DNA of 64,000 nt from an uncultured Porphyromonadaceae bacterium (lineage in GTDB: Bacteria > Bacteroidota > Bacteroidia > Bacteroidales > Porphyromonadaceae). The translations under genes and the position numbers were made by a program. The notes under the pieces were generated by a model. That model was not told the origin of the DNA. It saw only the letters and a list, made by a program, of their open reading frames with translations, and ran no database searches. This document shows positions 1-9,875 of this stretch, piece after piece (the stretch's first letter is position 1; every line of letters starts with the position of its first letter). The stretch lies in the NCBI GenBank assembly GCA_947253625.1, contig CAMYAB010000003.1, positions 107,105 through 171,104 on the forward strand, in the 5' to 3' direction.

Positions 1-1
1 C

Positions 2-2437
2 GGATTTCCGTACCATGCTCTGGACACCTACCTCCCCAAGCTTGTCTCTCAGGGCAAGCGTGTCGCCATCTGCGACCAGATAGAGGACCCCAAGCTCACC
101 ACCAAGCTCGTCAAGCGTGATGTCACCGAGCTCGTGACCCCGGGGCTCACCATGCACGACACTGTCCTAGATGCCAATACCAACAACTTCCTCTCCGCCG
201 TGGTCCTCCAAGGAGGGATAGCCGGAGCAGCCTTTCTCGACCTATCCACGGGGGAGTTTTTGGCAACACAGGGTAGGCTCCCCGAGGTGGAAAAAATGAT
301 GGCCAACTTTGACCCCAGCGAGACACTGGTCAAGCGAGGCACAGAGACCTACGTCGCCGACCGGCTGGGAAACAAGCTAAACCTCTACCCACTGGACGAC
401 TGGGTCTTCAGCGAAGACTATGGGCGAGAGCGACTCCTCAAGCACTTTGGCGTCAAGCACCTAAAAGGGATGGGCATCGAGGAAGACAAGCTCTCGATCA
501 TCGCCTGTGGCGCCATACTCTACTATCTCGAGCTGACCAAGCACGCACGACTCTCGCACATCACCACGATCCGAAAGGTAGAGGAGAGTAGATTCGTACA
601 GCTGGATCGCTTTACCCTCCACAATCTGGAGATCCTACGCCCCATGAGCGAAGAGGGTATCCCACTGGTCCAAGTACTCGACCACACTCACACCCCCATG
701 GGCGGACGACTGCTCAAGCGCTGGCTCGTCTTTCCACTGCTGGAGGTGCAGGAGATCCGGAGGAGGCAGAGTGTCGTCTCCTCGTTCCTAAACGATCGCA
801 ACCTACACCAAAAGGTAGGCACCCTACTCGATGGCATAGGTGACCTCGAGCGACTCAGCAGCAAAGTGGCGGTCAATAGGATCAACCCCCGTGAGCTCCT
901 ACAGGTAGCCCACAGTCTCCGCTTGGCACGCCCGATCATGGATGCCCTACTCCAAGCAGAGGGGCAAGAGATACGAGAGCTCGCTCTAGGCATCGACCCC
1001 ATAGACGAGCTGGCTGAGCATATCGAGCACACCATCAACCCCGACGCACCCATACAATCCGGCAAATCCGGCATCATCCGACAAGGTGTCGATGAGCGAC
1101 TCGATGAACTGCGATCCATAGCCGGAGGAGGCAAAGAGTACCTGGTACACCTGCGACAACGCGAAAGCGAGCGCACCGGCATCCCAAGCCTCAAGGTCGC
1201 TTTCAACAACGTATTTGGCTACTACATTGAGGTCCGAAACACCTACAAGGACAAAGTCCCCGAAGACTGGATCCGAAAGCAGACCCTCGTCAGCGCCGAA
1301 CGATACATCACGGCCGAACTCAAAGAGTACGAGCAAAAGATCCTGGGAGCAGAGGAGCGGATCGGTATCCTAGAGCAAGAACTCTACACACAGCTCATGG
1401 AGGAGGTCCTGACCTACATACGGGTCCTCCAAAAAAACGCCACCACCCTGTCCGAGATAGATGTCCTGCGCTCCTTTGCCGAAGTGGCGCAAAACAACCA
1501 CTACGTCGCCCCAACCATAGACAACAGCCGAGTACTCGAGATCGTGGGAGGACGACACCCCGTGATCGAGCAAACCATGCCACCGGGCGAAGTCTACGTC
1601 GCCAACGACCTATACCTCGACACCGACACCCGCCAGATCATCATCATCACCGGACCCAACATGTCCGGAAAGTCCGCACTCCTACGCCAGACAGCACTCA
1701 TAGCCCTCATGGCCCAAGTAGGATCCTTCGTCCCGGCAGACTCCGCCAGAGTGGGCATCATCGACCGAATATTTACCCGAGTGGGAGCCTCCGACAATAT
1801 CTCCAGAGGCGAAAGCACCTTCATGGTCGAGATGACCGAGTCCGCCGCCATACTCAACAACCTCACCGGGCGAAGCCTCGTACTCATAGACGAACTGGGG
1901 CGTGGCACAAGCACCTACGACGGCATATCGATAGCACGAGCCATAGTGGAGTACCTACACGACCACCCACATGGTCACGCCAAGACCCTTTTTGCAACAC
2001 ACTACCACGAGCTAAACGAGCTGGAAGGAGTCTACCCAAGGGTCAAGAACTACAATGTAGCTGTCAACGAAGCCGATGGCAAGGTCGTCTTTCTCCGAAA
2101 ACTGGTACCGGGGGGCAGCGAACACAGCTTTGGGATCCATGTCGCCAAGATGGCCGGCATGCCCCAAGCAATAGTGGCACGTGCGACCCAACTACTAGAG
2201 CAACTCGAGGAAAGTGCCGCCACCATGAGAGCCGGACTGGGAGCCGAAAACACCACCACAGTCCTCAAGCCCACCGGAATGGGTGCCGCACCGGTACAGC
2301 TCAGCTTCTTTCAGCTGGACGACCCCACCCTCGCCGCCGTGCGAGACGAGATCGTAGGGATAGACATCAACAGCCTAACCCCCATCCAAGCCCTCAACAA
2401 ACTCGACCAAATCCAGAAGCTACTCACCCAAAAATAG
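2..2437 (+). CDS. mutS: DNA mismatch repair protein MutS (5'-partial; N-terminus lies upstream of the window)
   Basis: The in-frame translation from position 2 reads GFPYHALDTYLPKLVSQGKRVAICDQIEDPKL..., which is the MutS connector/core region. Walker A (GPNMSGKS) and the MutS signature (STFMVEMTE) are present, as is the C-terminal HTH. The ORF-track ATG at 134 is internal. Confidence 0.95.
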   Translation, partial: GFPYHALDTYLPKLVSQGKRVAICDQIEDPKLTTKLVKRDVTELVTPGLTMHDTVLDANTNNFLSAVVLQGGIAGAAFLDLSTGEFLATQGRLPEVEKMMANFDPSETLVKRGTETYVADRLGNKLNLYPLDDWVFSEDYGRERLLKHFGVKHLKGMGIEEDKLSIIACGAILYYLELTKHARLSHITTIRKVEESRFVQLDRFTLHNLEILRPMSEEGIPLVQVLDHTHTPMGGRLLKRWLVFPLLEVQEIRRRQSVVSSFLNDRNLHQKVGTLLDGIGDLERLSSKVAVNRINPRELLQVAHSLRLARPIMDALLQAEGQEIRELALGIDPIDELAEHIEHTINPDAPIQSGKSGIIRQGVDERLDELRSIAGGGKEYLVHLRQRESERTGIPSLKVAFNNVFGYYIEVRNTYKDKVPEDWIRKQTLVSAERYITAELKEYEQKILGAEERIGILEQELYTQLMEEVLTYIRVLQKNATTLSEIDVLRSFAEVAQNNHYVAPTIDNSRVLEIVGGRHPVIEQTMPPGEVYVANDLYLDTDTRQIIIITGPNMSGKSALLRQTALIALMAQVGSFVPADSARVGIIDRIFTRVGASDNISRGESTFMVEMTESAAILNNLTGRSLVLIDELGRGTSTYDGISIARAIVEYLHDHPHGHAKTLFATHYHELNELEGVYPRVKNYNVAVNEADGKVVFLRKLVPGGSEHSFGIHVAKMAGMPQAIVARATQLLEQLEESAATMRAGLGAENTTTVLKPTGMGAAPVQLSFFQLDDPTLAAVRDEIVGIDINSLTPIQALNKLDQIQKLLTQK

Positions 2438-2537
2438 CCGACAAGACAAAAGTCACAACTATTTTGGCTACCTTTGCACCAACGATAGAGATCGGCGGTA
2501 CACCTCCGCAACGGACCAAAGCAGGTCCACAGACTAT

Positions 2538-2949
2538 GGGGATGACCGGTTTTGACAGCATGTAGAGGTAGTTCGTAAGCACGTAGTGCATGGTTAGCTG
2601 GCACTATAATCCTAGATAACAAACACTTTCAAATGGCGAAAACAACTACGCTCTCGCAGCGTGATCTCTGATCACGACTAGAACAAACGTTCTTGCGGTT
2701 GAGCCCTTTGCTCCCGGCGAGACATCACCCAGATACCGTGAGCCCGAGGTGGTCTGATCCGGTGGTGCTATCTATATCGGGAAGGGTGCCGGAGGCGTCT
2801 TTCGTCCGGCACGACACTCAAGAGACTAAGCCTGCAGAGTGGTGGCTTTGGCCTAATCTGCGGGACGAAAACCGAAAGCAAAGCTAAACGTGTAGAAAGC
2901 GGGCTAGTTCCGTGTTTGGACGAGGGTTCGAATCCCTCCATCTCCACCA
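2538..2949 (+). ncRNA. ssrA: tmRNA (ssrA)
   Basis: The 5' end reads GGGGATGACCGGTTTTGACAGC. The 3' tRNA-like end reads GGACGAGGGTTCGAATCCCTCCATCTCCACCA. An internal tag reading frame, ggc gaa aac aac tac gct ctc gca gcg tga (about 2635-2664), encodes (A)GENNYALAA-stop, the Bacteroidota-type proteolysis tag. Confidence 0.9.
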
Positions 2950-2953
2950 ACAA

Positions 2954-3000
2954 AGACCGCTCGGGGCCTTCACATCGGCCCCGAGCGGTCTCTCTTTTTT
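2954..3000 (+). terminator. Rho-independent terminator after ssrA
   Basis: GACCGCTCGGGGCC / GGCCCCGAGCGGTC perfect stem with a TCTCTTTTTT tail. Confidence 0.8.
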
Positions 3001-3045
3001 AGGACACTCCGGCAGATAATACACGAGTGGCAGTATCGGCACACC

Positions 3046-3053
3046 TATTTTTG
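3046..3053 (+). promoter_or_regulatory. Bacteroidota sigmaA -7 box (TATTTTTG) upstream of ftsA
   Basis: Matches the TAnnTTTG consensus about 60 bp upstream of the ftsA ORF. No clear -33 TTG was found. Confidence 0.4.
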
Positions 3054-3114
3054 TAGAGGAGAGGATGGCCATTGCCACAGACATTTACCGCTTATTTGTA
3101 GAAAATGAGTACCT

Positions 3115-4608
3115 TTGGAGATAGGTAAAACAAAACAGATCACTACCAGTATCCAAACAACTTTCCGCCCAATGCAAACTGATAAGTACTCCGTAGTCGT
3201 AGTGGACCTTGGCACGGACAAGATCAAGGCGGCCCTTGCCGAAAAACTCCCCGACGGCACACTGGACATCCTCGAACGAACCGAAATACCTGCCGAAGGG
3301 TGTATCGTACGTGGTGTCGTCTTCAATCAGCGAATAACAGCCGAAAAACTCAGCCTCCTGCTCCAAGAACTGGAGGAGACCACCCATGGCACAGAACGTA
3401 TCACCAAAGTCTATACCGGGATCGGCGGACAAGGGCTACGTAGCAAGATAGAAGAGCACGACCTGCCCTTTCCGGACGAACGCGAGATCACCGCAGAGGA
3501 CCTCACAGACCTCAGCCAAAGACTCCTGGAGGACCAAGACTCCCCCTACACCACCCTCGACTCCGTAGACCCACTATACCATGTCAATGGCAACCTCACC
3601 GCCAACCCTGTCGGCATCAAGGCCAAGAGCCTACGCGTCCGAAGTCAGAGAATCCTGACCAAGCGACAAATCCCCGACAGTATCCGTGACGTAATCGTGG
3701 ATAAGCTGGGACTGGAAATAGCCAATATCAATGTGTCACCCATCATTCTGGGCAATACTTTCCTGACCAAGGAGCAAAAAAAGCTGGGTAGTGCCATCAT
3801 AGACTTTGGGTGTGGGTGCACCACGGTGGCACTCTACAATAACGGCGTACTCGCCGGGCTGCGGACCTTTCCGCTCGGCTCACAAAACATCACACTCGAC
3901 CTCACTGCACTGCACATAGGAGTGTCGGAGGCAGAGCGCGTCAAGAAAAATGATGGATCCGCAGATGCCTCAAAGGCAAAAGATGAGCAGATCTTGGTCA
4001 AAAACGCCGACGAGCGATCCAGCAGGCAGATTCCACTCTACGAGATCAACCAATACGTCGAAGCACGTACTAGAGAGATCGTAGACAATATTGCGGCATT
4101 TGTACACGAAGTACTCGGAGAAAACAGCCTGCCGGGTGGGGTCGTCCTCACCGGTGGAGGATCCAAGCTGAAAGAACTACCACAGCTCATTACCAATGTC
4201 CTACAGACCAAAGTGGAACTCTCCACCAAGACCAACGACCTAGGCAACACCTACTACATCGCCAACCCGGAGTGGAACCTCGTCTACAGTATGTGTCTGG
4301 AGGCAGACACCCCGTGTACAGAGCCGGTAGTGGTACCGCAACCGGAAGAAAAAAGACAAGACAACCCACCACTCAACCCTCCTGTGACAGACTTTCCGGA
4401 GGATGACGAACTACCGGAGCAAAAACCACTCATACCCGATGACCTGCTTGGCGAACGTATCAAGAAAGAGCAACAAGATACCAAGCCAAACACTGTAAAG
4501 AGACGCAATAAGAAAACCGAAAAAAAGAGTGGACTCGGATTCAAAGGATGGATCGAGGGGTTCCTAAACCCCCTCATGCCACCCGAAGATGATGAAGATA
4601 ATATGTAA
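3115..4608 (+). CDS. ftsA: Cell division protein FtsA (true start possibly the ATG at 3172)
   Basis: Actin/Hsp70-fold FtsA: VVVDLGTDKIKAAL N-terminal phosphate-1 motif and LTGGGSKLKELPQL C-terminal motif. Immediately followed by ftsZ. Confidence 0.9.
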   Translation: MEIGKTKQITTSIQTTFRPMQTDKYSVVVVDLGTDKIKAALAEKLPDGTLDILERTEIPAEGCIVRGVVFNQRITAEKLSLLLQELEETTHGTERITKVYTGIGGQGLRSKIEEHDLPFPDEREITAEDLTDLSQRLLEDQDSPYTTLDSVDPLYHVNGNLTANPVGIKAKSLRVRSQRILTKRQIPDSIRDVIVDKLGLEIANINVSPIILGNTFLTKEQKKLGSAIIDFGCGCTTVALYNNGVLAGLRTFPLGSQNITLDLTALHIGVSEAERVKKNDGSADASKAKDEQILVKNADERSSRQIPLYEINQYVEARTREIVDNIAAFVHEVLGENSLPGGVVLTGGGSKLKELPQLITNVLQTKVELSTKTNDLGNTYYIANPEWNLVYSMCLEADTPCTEPVVVPQPEEKRQDNPPLNPPVTDFPEDDELPEQKPLIPDDLLGERIKKEQQDTKPNTVKRRNKKTEKKSGLGFKGWIEGFLNPLMPPEDDEDNM

Positions 4609-4616
4609 ATGTAGCC

Positions 4617-5954
4617 ATGGAAGAACTACTAGATATAGAATCCCGCACCTACACGGACCCAACGATCATCAAGGTAATAGGCGTAGGTGGTGGCGGTGGC
4701 AATGCCGTCAACTACATGTACTCGCAGGATGTCAAAAACGTATCCTACCTACTCTGCAATACCGACCGACAACACCTCCAAAAGTGTAGCATACCCGACA
4801 CCATCGTCATCGGAGAAAAACTCACCGGCGGACTCGGAGCCGGCAATGACCCGGAAATAGCCAAAGCAGCCGCAGAAGAGAGCAAGGAGCAGATCCAAAA
4901 AGCACTCAACGATGGCACCCGAATGGTCTTCATCACTGCCGGAATGGGTGGTGGCACCGGCACAGGAGCCGCACCCGTCATCGCTCGTGTAGCCAAGGAT
5001 ATGGGCATCCTCACGGTGGGAATAGTCACCATACCGTTTTTGTTTGAGGGCGAAAGAAAGATCTACCAAGCCATACGCGGTGTGGAGGAGTTGCAGAAAA
5101 ACGTGGATGCCATACTGGTTGTCCAAAACGAACTACTCTACAAAGTCTACCCCGACCTCACCGTATCCGAGGCCTTCAAGCGTGCCGATGAGACCCTCAC
5201 CACAAGTGCAAGATCCATCTCCGAGCTCATCACCCTACCGGCTGTGATGAATGTAGACTTTGCCGATGTCCGCACAACCCTCAAGGATGGGGGTGTCAGC
5301 ATCATTACCCGAGGCTTTTCATCCAAAGCCGAGGGCATACGAGTTGCCATCGATCGCGCACTCAACTCACCTCTCGTCAATACCACAAACTTCGACAAGG
5401 CCACTCGTGTCCTCTTCCTCCTCACCTACAAGAGTGGATTTGAGCCCAAGGCTGAGGTGGTCAACGATCTACGCCGTACGACAGACTCGATCAAAGCCGA
5501 CTTCAACTTCATATGGGGCTACAGCGAGCGCGAAGACGAGTACATGGAGGACGAGCTGGGCATCACTATACTGGCCAGTGGATTTGGACAAGAGGAGCTA
5601 CACCTCGACGACTACACTGTTGCAGAGAGAGAGGAGAAGATCCGCACCTGGTACCCGGACAGCATGAAAAGCAACAGCACCTACTCCAAGTACGGATCCA
5701 TCATTTTTACCGAAGAGGAGTTGGACGACGACACCTTCATCGCCCTAGTGAGCGACAAGCCCACGCTCACTCGCCGAGATGAGGATCTGACACGGTACCG
5801 AAAAGTCATCAACCCATCGGCTCACAAGGCGTTGCACAACGACTTCCAACCAAAACAGGCAGCCCCCGAAAACAAAATAAGCGACGACGGTCCTCAGACA
5901 GTGGACTCGACGTTGATCCGATTTGGGCTCAACTTTGACAACGACAAAAAATAA
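4617..5954 (+). CDS. ftsZ: Cell division GTPase FtsZ
   Basis: IKVIGVGGGGGNAVNYM and the tubulin signature GGGTGTGAAPV. Disordered C-terminal tail. Confidence 0.97.
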   Translation: MEELLDIESRTYTDPTIIKVIGVGGGGGNAVNYMYSQDVKNVSYLLCNTDRQHLQKCSIPDTIVIGEKLTGGLGAGNDPEIAKAAAEESKEQIQKALNDGTRMVFITAGMGGGTGTGAAPVIARVAKDMGILTVGIVTIPFLFEGERKIYQAIRGVEELQKNVDAILVVQNELLYKVYPDLTVSEAFKRADETLTTSARSISELITLPAVMNVDFADVRTTLKDGGVSIITRGFSSKAEGIRVAIDRALNSPLVNTTNFDKATRVLFLLTYKSGFEPKAEVVNDLRRTTDSIKADFNFIWGYSEREDEYMEDELGITILASGFGQEELHLDDYTVAEREEKIRTWYPDSMKSNSTYSKYGSIIFTEEELDDDTFIALVSDKPTLTRRDEDLTRYRKVINPSAHKALHNDFQPKQAAPENKISDDGPQTVDSTLIRFGLNFDNDKK

Positions 5955-5961
5955 CCAACTC

Positions 5962-6414
5962 ATGGCACTATTTGACCAAATAAATCAAGAGATAAAAACC
6001 GCCATGCTGGCACGAAATCACGCCAGACTGGAGGCATTACGTGGCATCAAAAAGGAGTTTTTGGAAGCAAAAACCGCACCGGGACACCAAGGTGATCTCA
6101 CCGACGAAGAGGGGATGAAAATCATCAGCAAGCTCCTAAAGCAACGCCAAGACAGTGCCGCTATCTATCGCGAAAACAACCGTCCCGACCTAGCCGAAGA
6201 AGATGAGGCTGAGGCAGCGGTATATCTCGAGTTTTTGCCCGAGCCGATGAGCGAAGAGGAGCTACACAATCGCATCCAAGAGATTATCCACCAACTCGGG
6301 GTCACCGACCTCAAAGGAATGGGACAGGTGATGGGGGTAGCCACAAAAGAGCTGGCCGGCAAGGCAGACGGAAAAGCCATCTCTGCAGCTGTACGATCCA
6401 TCCTCCAAAGCTAA
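5962..6414 (+). CDS. yqeY: GatB/YqeY domain protein
   Basis: MALFDQINQEIKTAMLARN...LRGIKKEF is typical of the YqeY family. The ATG at 5962 follows the ftsZ stop (5952-5954). The ORF-track start at 5923 overlaps ftsZ and is probably not used. Confidence 0.8.
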   Translation: MALFDQINQEIKTAMLARNHARLEALRGIKKEFLEAKTAPGHQGDLTDEEGMKIISKLLKQRQDSAAIYRENNRPDLAEEDEAEAAVYLEFLPEPMSEEELHNRIQEIIHQLGVTDLKGMGQVMGVATKELAGKADGKAISAAVRSILQS

Positions 6415-6422
6415 GACAAACC

Positions 6423-7409
6423 TTGAAAATAGGCTCTATCGATCTCGGTCCTCATCCAGTCCTACTTGCACCGATGGAGGACGTCACGGATCAGTCCTTC
6501 AGGTTGCTTTGCCGAGAGTTTGGTTCGGCACTGGTCTACACCGAGTTTGTCAGTGCCGATGCCATAGTCCGCAGTATCCGCTCCTCCCTCACCAAAATGG
6601 TGGTCTCCGACGAAGAGCGTCCTGTGGCCATACAGATCTATGGCAAGGATCCGGACGTCATGGCCGAGGCAGCGCGTATCAGCCAAGAAGCGGGTCCGGA
6701 TCTCATCGACATCAACTTTGGCTGTCCTGTCAAGCGAGTGGCCACAAAAGGAGCCGGGGCAGGTCTCCTACGCGATATTCCACGCATGCTCGATATCACC
6801 AGCGCAGTGGTGGAGGCAGTGCAGCTACCTGTCACGGTCAAGACGCGACTAGGTTGGGATAGCGACAACATCATCATAGAGGACCTTGCCGAACAACTCC
6901 AGGATGCCGGTGCGCAGGCACTCACCATACACGGACGCACCCGTAGCCAAATGTACAAAGGGGTGGCCGACTGGGCACCTATCGCACGTGTCAAGAGCAA
7001 TCCACGCATCCACATACCCATCATAGCCAATGGCGACGTCACCGATGGCGAGAGTGCACTGCGCTGCTACCAAGAGACCAATGCGGACGCCATCATGGTC
7101 GGCAGAGGAGCCATCGGCAGACCGTGGGTATTTGAGGAGATGACCGCCACTCTGAGCGGTTCCACTCCCCCTACACATGATCACAAATGGTACATTGACG
7201 TACTCAAGCGACTAGTAGATGACAGCATAGCCCGATGCGGTGGCGATCGTGGTATCTGGCCCATCAGGCGTCACTTGGCAGCCTCACCGGTTCTGAAAGG
7301 TATCCCCGACTTCAGGCAACAAAGGATTGCCATCCTTCGTGCCGAGACCAGAGAAGAGCTGTTTGGATTGCTGGACCAGGTGCCACCCAGCACCGACTGC
7401 AAGTTCTGA
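6423..7409 (+). CDS. dus: tRNA-dihydrouridine synthase (DusB-like); TTG start
   Basis: LAPMEDVTDQSFR, FGCPVKRV and VKTRLGWD motifs of the Dus FMN TIM-barrel family. Confidence 0.9.
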   Translation: MKIGSIDLGPHPVLLAPMEDVTDQSFRLLCREFGSALVYTEFVSADAIVRSIRSSLTKMVVSDEERPVAIQIYGKDPDVMAEAARISQEAGPDLIDINFGCPVKRVATKGAGAGLLRDIPRMLDITSAVVEAVQLPVTVKTRLGWDSDNIIIEDLAEQLQDAGAQALTIHGRTRSQMYKGVADWAPIARVKSNPRIHIPIIANGDVTDGESALRCYQETNADAIMVGRGAIGRPWVFEEMTATLSGSTPPTHDHKWYIDVLKRLVDDSIARCGGDRGIWPIRRHLAASPVLKGIPDFRQQRIAILRAETREELFGLLDQVPPSTDCKF

Positions 7410-7436
7410 TCCACAACACTTACCTAGGAGACAAAA

Positions 7437-7486
7437 CAGAGAGAGGAAGTACCTAAAAATACTCCTCTCTCTGTTTTCTTTTTTCA
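7437..7486 (+). terminator. Rho-independent terminator after dus
   Basis: ACAGAGAGAGGA / TCCTCTCTCTGT 12-bp stem followed by TTTTCTTTTTT. Confidence 0.75.
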
Positions 7487-8034
7487 AAAATCACTCCCCC
7501 CTACCCTTTTTCCGAAGGTCTCACTTTTTCATACCACCCGGGCATGTTGGTAGAGTGTTAGTAAAGTGTGGAAAACGTGTGGAAAGATTTGGGCTACTTT
7601 TCTTGGTTTATTTTCAGATTTTCTTATGACGTAAAAGAATCAACAGCTCCAAGAAAACAGCAAAAAAGTTATGCACAACTTCTCCACCACTCTTTCCACA
7701 GATTCATCAACATTGATTCATTCGTACCGGACGGGGAAGTCGGCACTTATCCACAGTTTCCACACGTATTATATCCATCCTATCTTTTAGCCCCCACCCT
7801 ATAAGTCCACACAAACAGTTCTTAGCACACAAAAAAATAAGAAGAAAGGTGTTGGGCAAAACGGGTGAGGAGGCAAAAAAAAAGGATGCCCCGGTTTTGA
7901 CGATCTGCTTTGTTACCCTTGCGAGAGCTGCGCCCCAATTACCATCGCCCCACCCTCTACTCAAATAACCAATCATAGGTCTATATGGTTGTCCCAGCCG
8001 GGGGGCCAAAAACAGCTTTTTGGGGGTATTGATA

Positions 8035-8124
8035 ATCAGATGATTACAAGTGACTTTGAGTTTCACGGATAGAAGCAAAACTTTTCACGGATAGAAGCAA
8101 TCGTTTGGACGGATAGAAAAAAGT
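8035..8124 (+). repeat. Copy A of a dispersed ~90-110-bp repeat with three 22-bp-phased TTTCACGGATAGAAGC units
   Basis: tttcacggatagaagcaaaac / ttttcacggatagaagcaatcg / tttggacggatagaaaaaag. Reverse-complement copy at 40009-40119. Confidence 0.85.
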
Positions 8125-8570
8125 GGTTGGTTCGTTTTTCTCCCTCATAAAGGGGGGCAACATTTGTTTCCGAATGTAGTCCTGATGGGAAGAGTGTCTT
8201 GGGTGGGTACGAAATAATTTGTTACATTTGCACTGCTTGTTAGGAAATACAGATTTTTTATACAGACAACATACTATTGTTGATCTGCGTGCGTGTCCGA
8301 TTTTTGGGATGGTGTGCAGTGGTGCAATAGACGACCTATTGCAGATCATTGGTCTGCATAGAATCCTAGGTTTTACCTAGGTGACATGATGTTTATTTTG
8401 TTATAGCCATCTACTTTTTCATTGCTTTTATAAGTAGAGACTTTGAGAGCTCATAGCATGCTTGCTGTGGGTTCTCTTTTTTTTAAGGTGACTGTTGTAC
8501 GACGGTATTCGGCCACGTGACCGAATACCGTCCTCGGTTGCGTGGCTATATAGTTTGTCGTGTGGTGAGG

Positions 8571-9875
8571 CTAGAAGTCAAGTGAGAGTCCGGCCACACC
8601 GTCGATGGATAGGTTTTGTGGGTCAAGTTTCTCGTAGGTTCGTCCGAGGGTGGTGAGTTGTTTGGTGACACCCGGCTGTACGAAAAGGCCTACTTTTTTG
8701 GTCAGTGCGTACCTCAGTCCCACTCCACCTCGTACGCTCCAGCGCAAGGTCTTTTCGTTTGGATCACGAGACGGGGTACCCTGGGCCACTATTTTGTTGT
8801 CCGGCATGCTGTAGTAGGTTTGTCGGGAGGTGTGGAGCATTGCTTCGCCCAGTACGGAGACTGCCAGATGTAGGGACCACCTATTGGTCTTGACAAAGTC
8901 GTACCTGAGTGTGAGGGGTATGCCGAGTAGATGGTCGTGGTAGGTAGTTTGGGTGTAGTAGTCTTTGGATCCCTGTTTTAGGTCGGTGCTCTCTTTGGTG
9001 TATAGGATTCCGCTCTCGAGGTAGAGAGAGTGGGTGAGTGGATAGGAGGCTAGTAGGCCGGCACGAATGGGTGGGTGTCGGTGTACACTGATGGCTGTGC
9101 CTTGTGCTTGGTTGTAGAGTGAGATGAGCTCTTGAGCGTTTTTTTCGTCGTCTTGTGTTGGTTTGTCTGTTGCCTCACTTGGATTGTTGTTGTAATCTAT
9201 GACGTTGGATGCTGTGGCATACAGTCCACCATAGCCCTTGATGTTGCTGGCACCTCCCGGTATATTGGAGATCAGCAGGGAGGCACTCATGCGGTGGTGT
9301 GTGTGTGGAGTGTGGGGGAGTGTGGGGTACTTTTTTTGCTCCTGAGCTTGGCTTGCTTGGCTGTCAGTGGTTAGGGCTTTGGCTATGAGGAGAGGGTGGA
9401 GTGGCTGTGTGGTGAGTGGTTTGACTGTGGGTAGTGTAGCCGGTAGTGGGGTGGGTAGTGGTTTTGGCCGAGCTGTGTGGGCAGGTGTATGGTGCGTTTT
9501 TGGGAGGTTGTGTGTGTTGTTTTGATGGGGGTCGGAGAGAGGTGATGGGGTGGGCTTATGTTGTTTTTTTACGTTGTTTGGGGTAGGGGTGTTGGTATTG
9601 GTGATCTGAGCCAATCTGATGTTGGTGGAGGTTGGTACCGATCCGGTGGGTCGGTAGAGTAGCCAAATAAAGAGGAGTGTCGTCGCCGCCACTGACGCCG
9701 GCACCAGCCGCCAAAGGTGTGAGTGGATTTTTTTGGGGTGTGGTGTGTGCTGTACGCCGTCCAGTATGGCGCCCCACATCTCCTCCTCCTCACGGGTGGA
9801 CTGTGGCGCCGCCTCGTACCGATCGAGCTTTGTTTTTAGCTCATCTATCCAATTATTTGCATTGCTCATGGTCAC
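8571..9875 (-). CDS. Anti-sigma factor fused to a C-terminal outer-membrane beta-barrel domain (Pro/Thr-rich linker)
   Basis: N-terminal cytoplasmic anti-sigma-like segment, then one TM helix (WRLVPASVAATTLLFIWLLY). A long P/T/H-rich low-complexity linker follows, then a C-terminal beta-barrel (…GLRYALTKKVGLFVQPGV…GVAGLSLDF, ending in F). The 4-nt ATGA overlap with the upstream ECF sigma gene indicates translational coupling. Confidence 0.6.
   Translation of the reverse strand: MTMSNANNWIDELKTKLDRYEAAPQSTREEEEMWGAILDGVQHTPHPKKIHSHLWRLVPASVAATTLLFIWLLYRPTGSVPTSTNIRLAQITNTNTPTPNNVKKQHKPTPSPLSDPHQNNTHNLPKTHHTPAHTARPKPLPTPLPATLPTVKPLTTQPLHPLLIAKALTTDSQASQAQEQKKYPTLPHTPHTHHRMSASLLISNIPGGASNIKGYGGLYATASNVIDYNNNPSEATDKPTQDDEKNAQELISLYNQAQGTAISVHRHPPIRAGLLASYPLTHSLYLESGILYTKESTDLKQGSKDYYTQTTYHDHLLGIPLTLRYDFVKTNRWSLHLAVSVLGEAMLHTSRQTYYSMPDNKIVAQGTPSRDPNEKTLRWSVRGGVGLRYALTKKVGLFVQPGVTKQLTTLGRTYEKLDPQNLSIDGVAGLSLDF

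Noticed and set aside
2693-3084. Small ORFs (2693-2887 +, 2768-2953 -, 2884-3084 -) overlapping the tmRNA gene and its terminator
   Set aside because: They lie inside a well-supported structural RNA (ssrA) and its terminator. No coding evidence.
7884-7903. Short tmRNA-5'-end-like sequence (ggatgccccggttttgacg) about 5 kb downstream of ssrA, suggestive of an att-site duplication
   Set aside because: Only about 17 nt of imperfect similarity, to the 5' end rather than the 3' end that integrases usually target. No integrase or island is present between it and ssrA. Probably coincidental.
7568-8349. ORFs 7568-7804 (+), 7707-8078 (-) and 8044-8349 (-) in the long intergenic gap
   Set aside because: Low-complexity, hydrophobic or odd composition with no domain signatures. 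The region is better explained as non-coding (DnaA boxes, repeat copy A).
8499-8530. Palindrome GACGGTATTCGG-ccacgtga-CCGAATACCGTC near the 3' end of the anti-sigma gene, considered as a terminator
   Set aside because: The T-run lies on the wrong side for either strand (ctcttttttttaagg precedes it on the plus strand). It is retained only as a possible protein-binding palindrome inside the putative ori or regulatory region.
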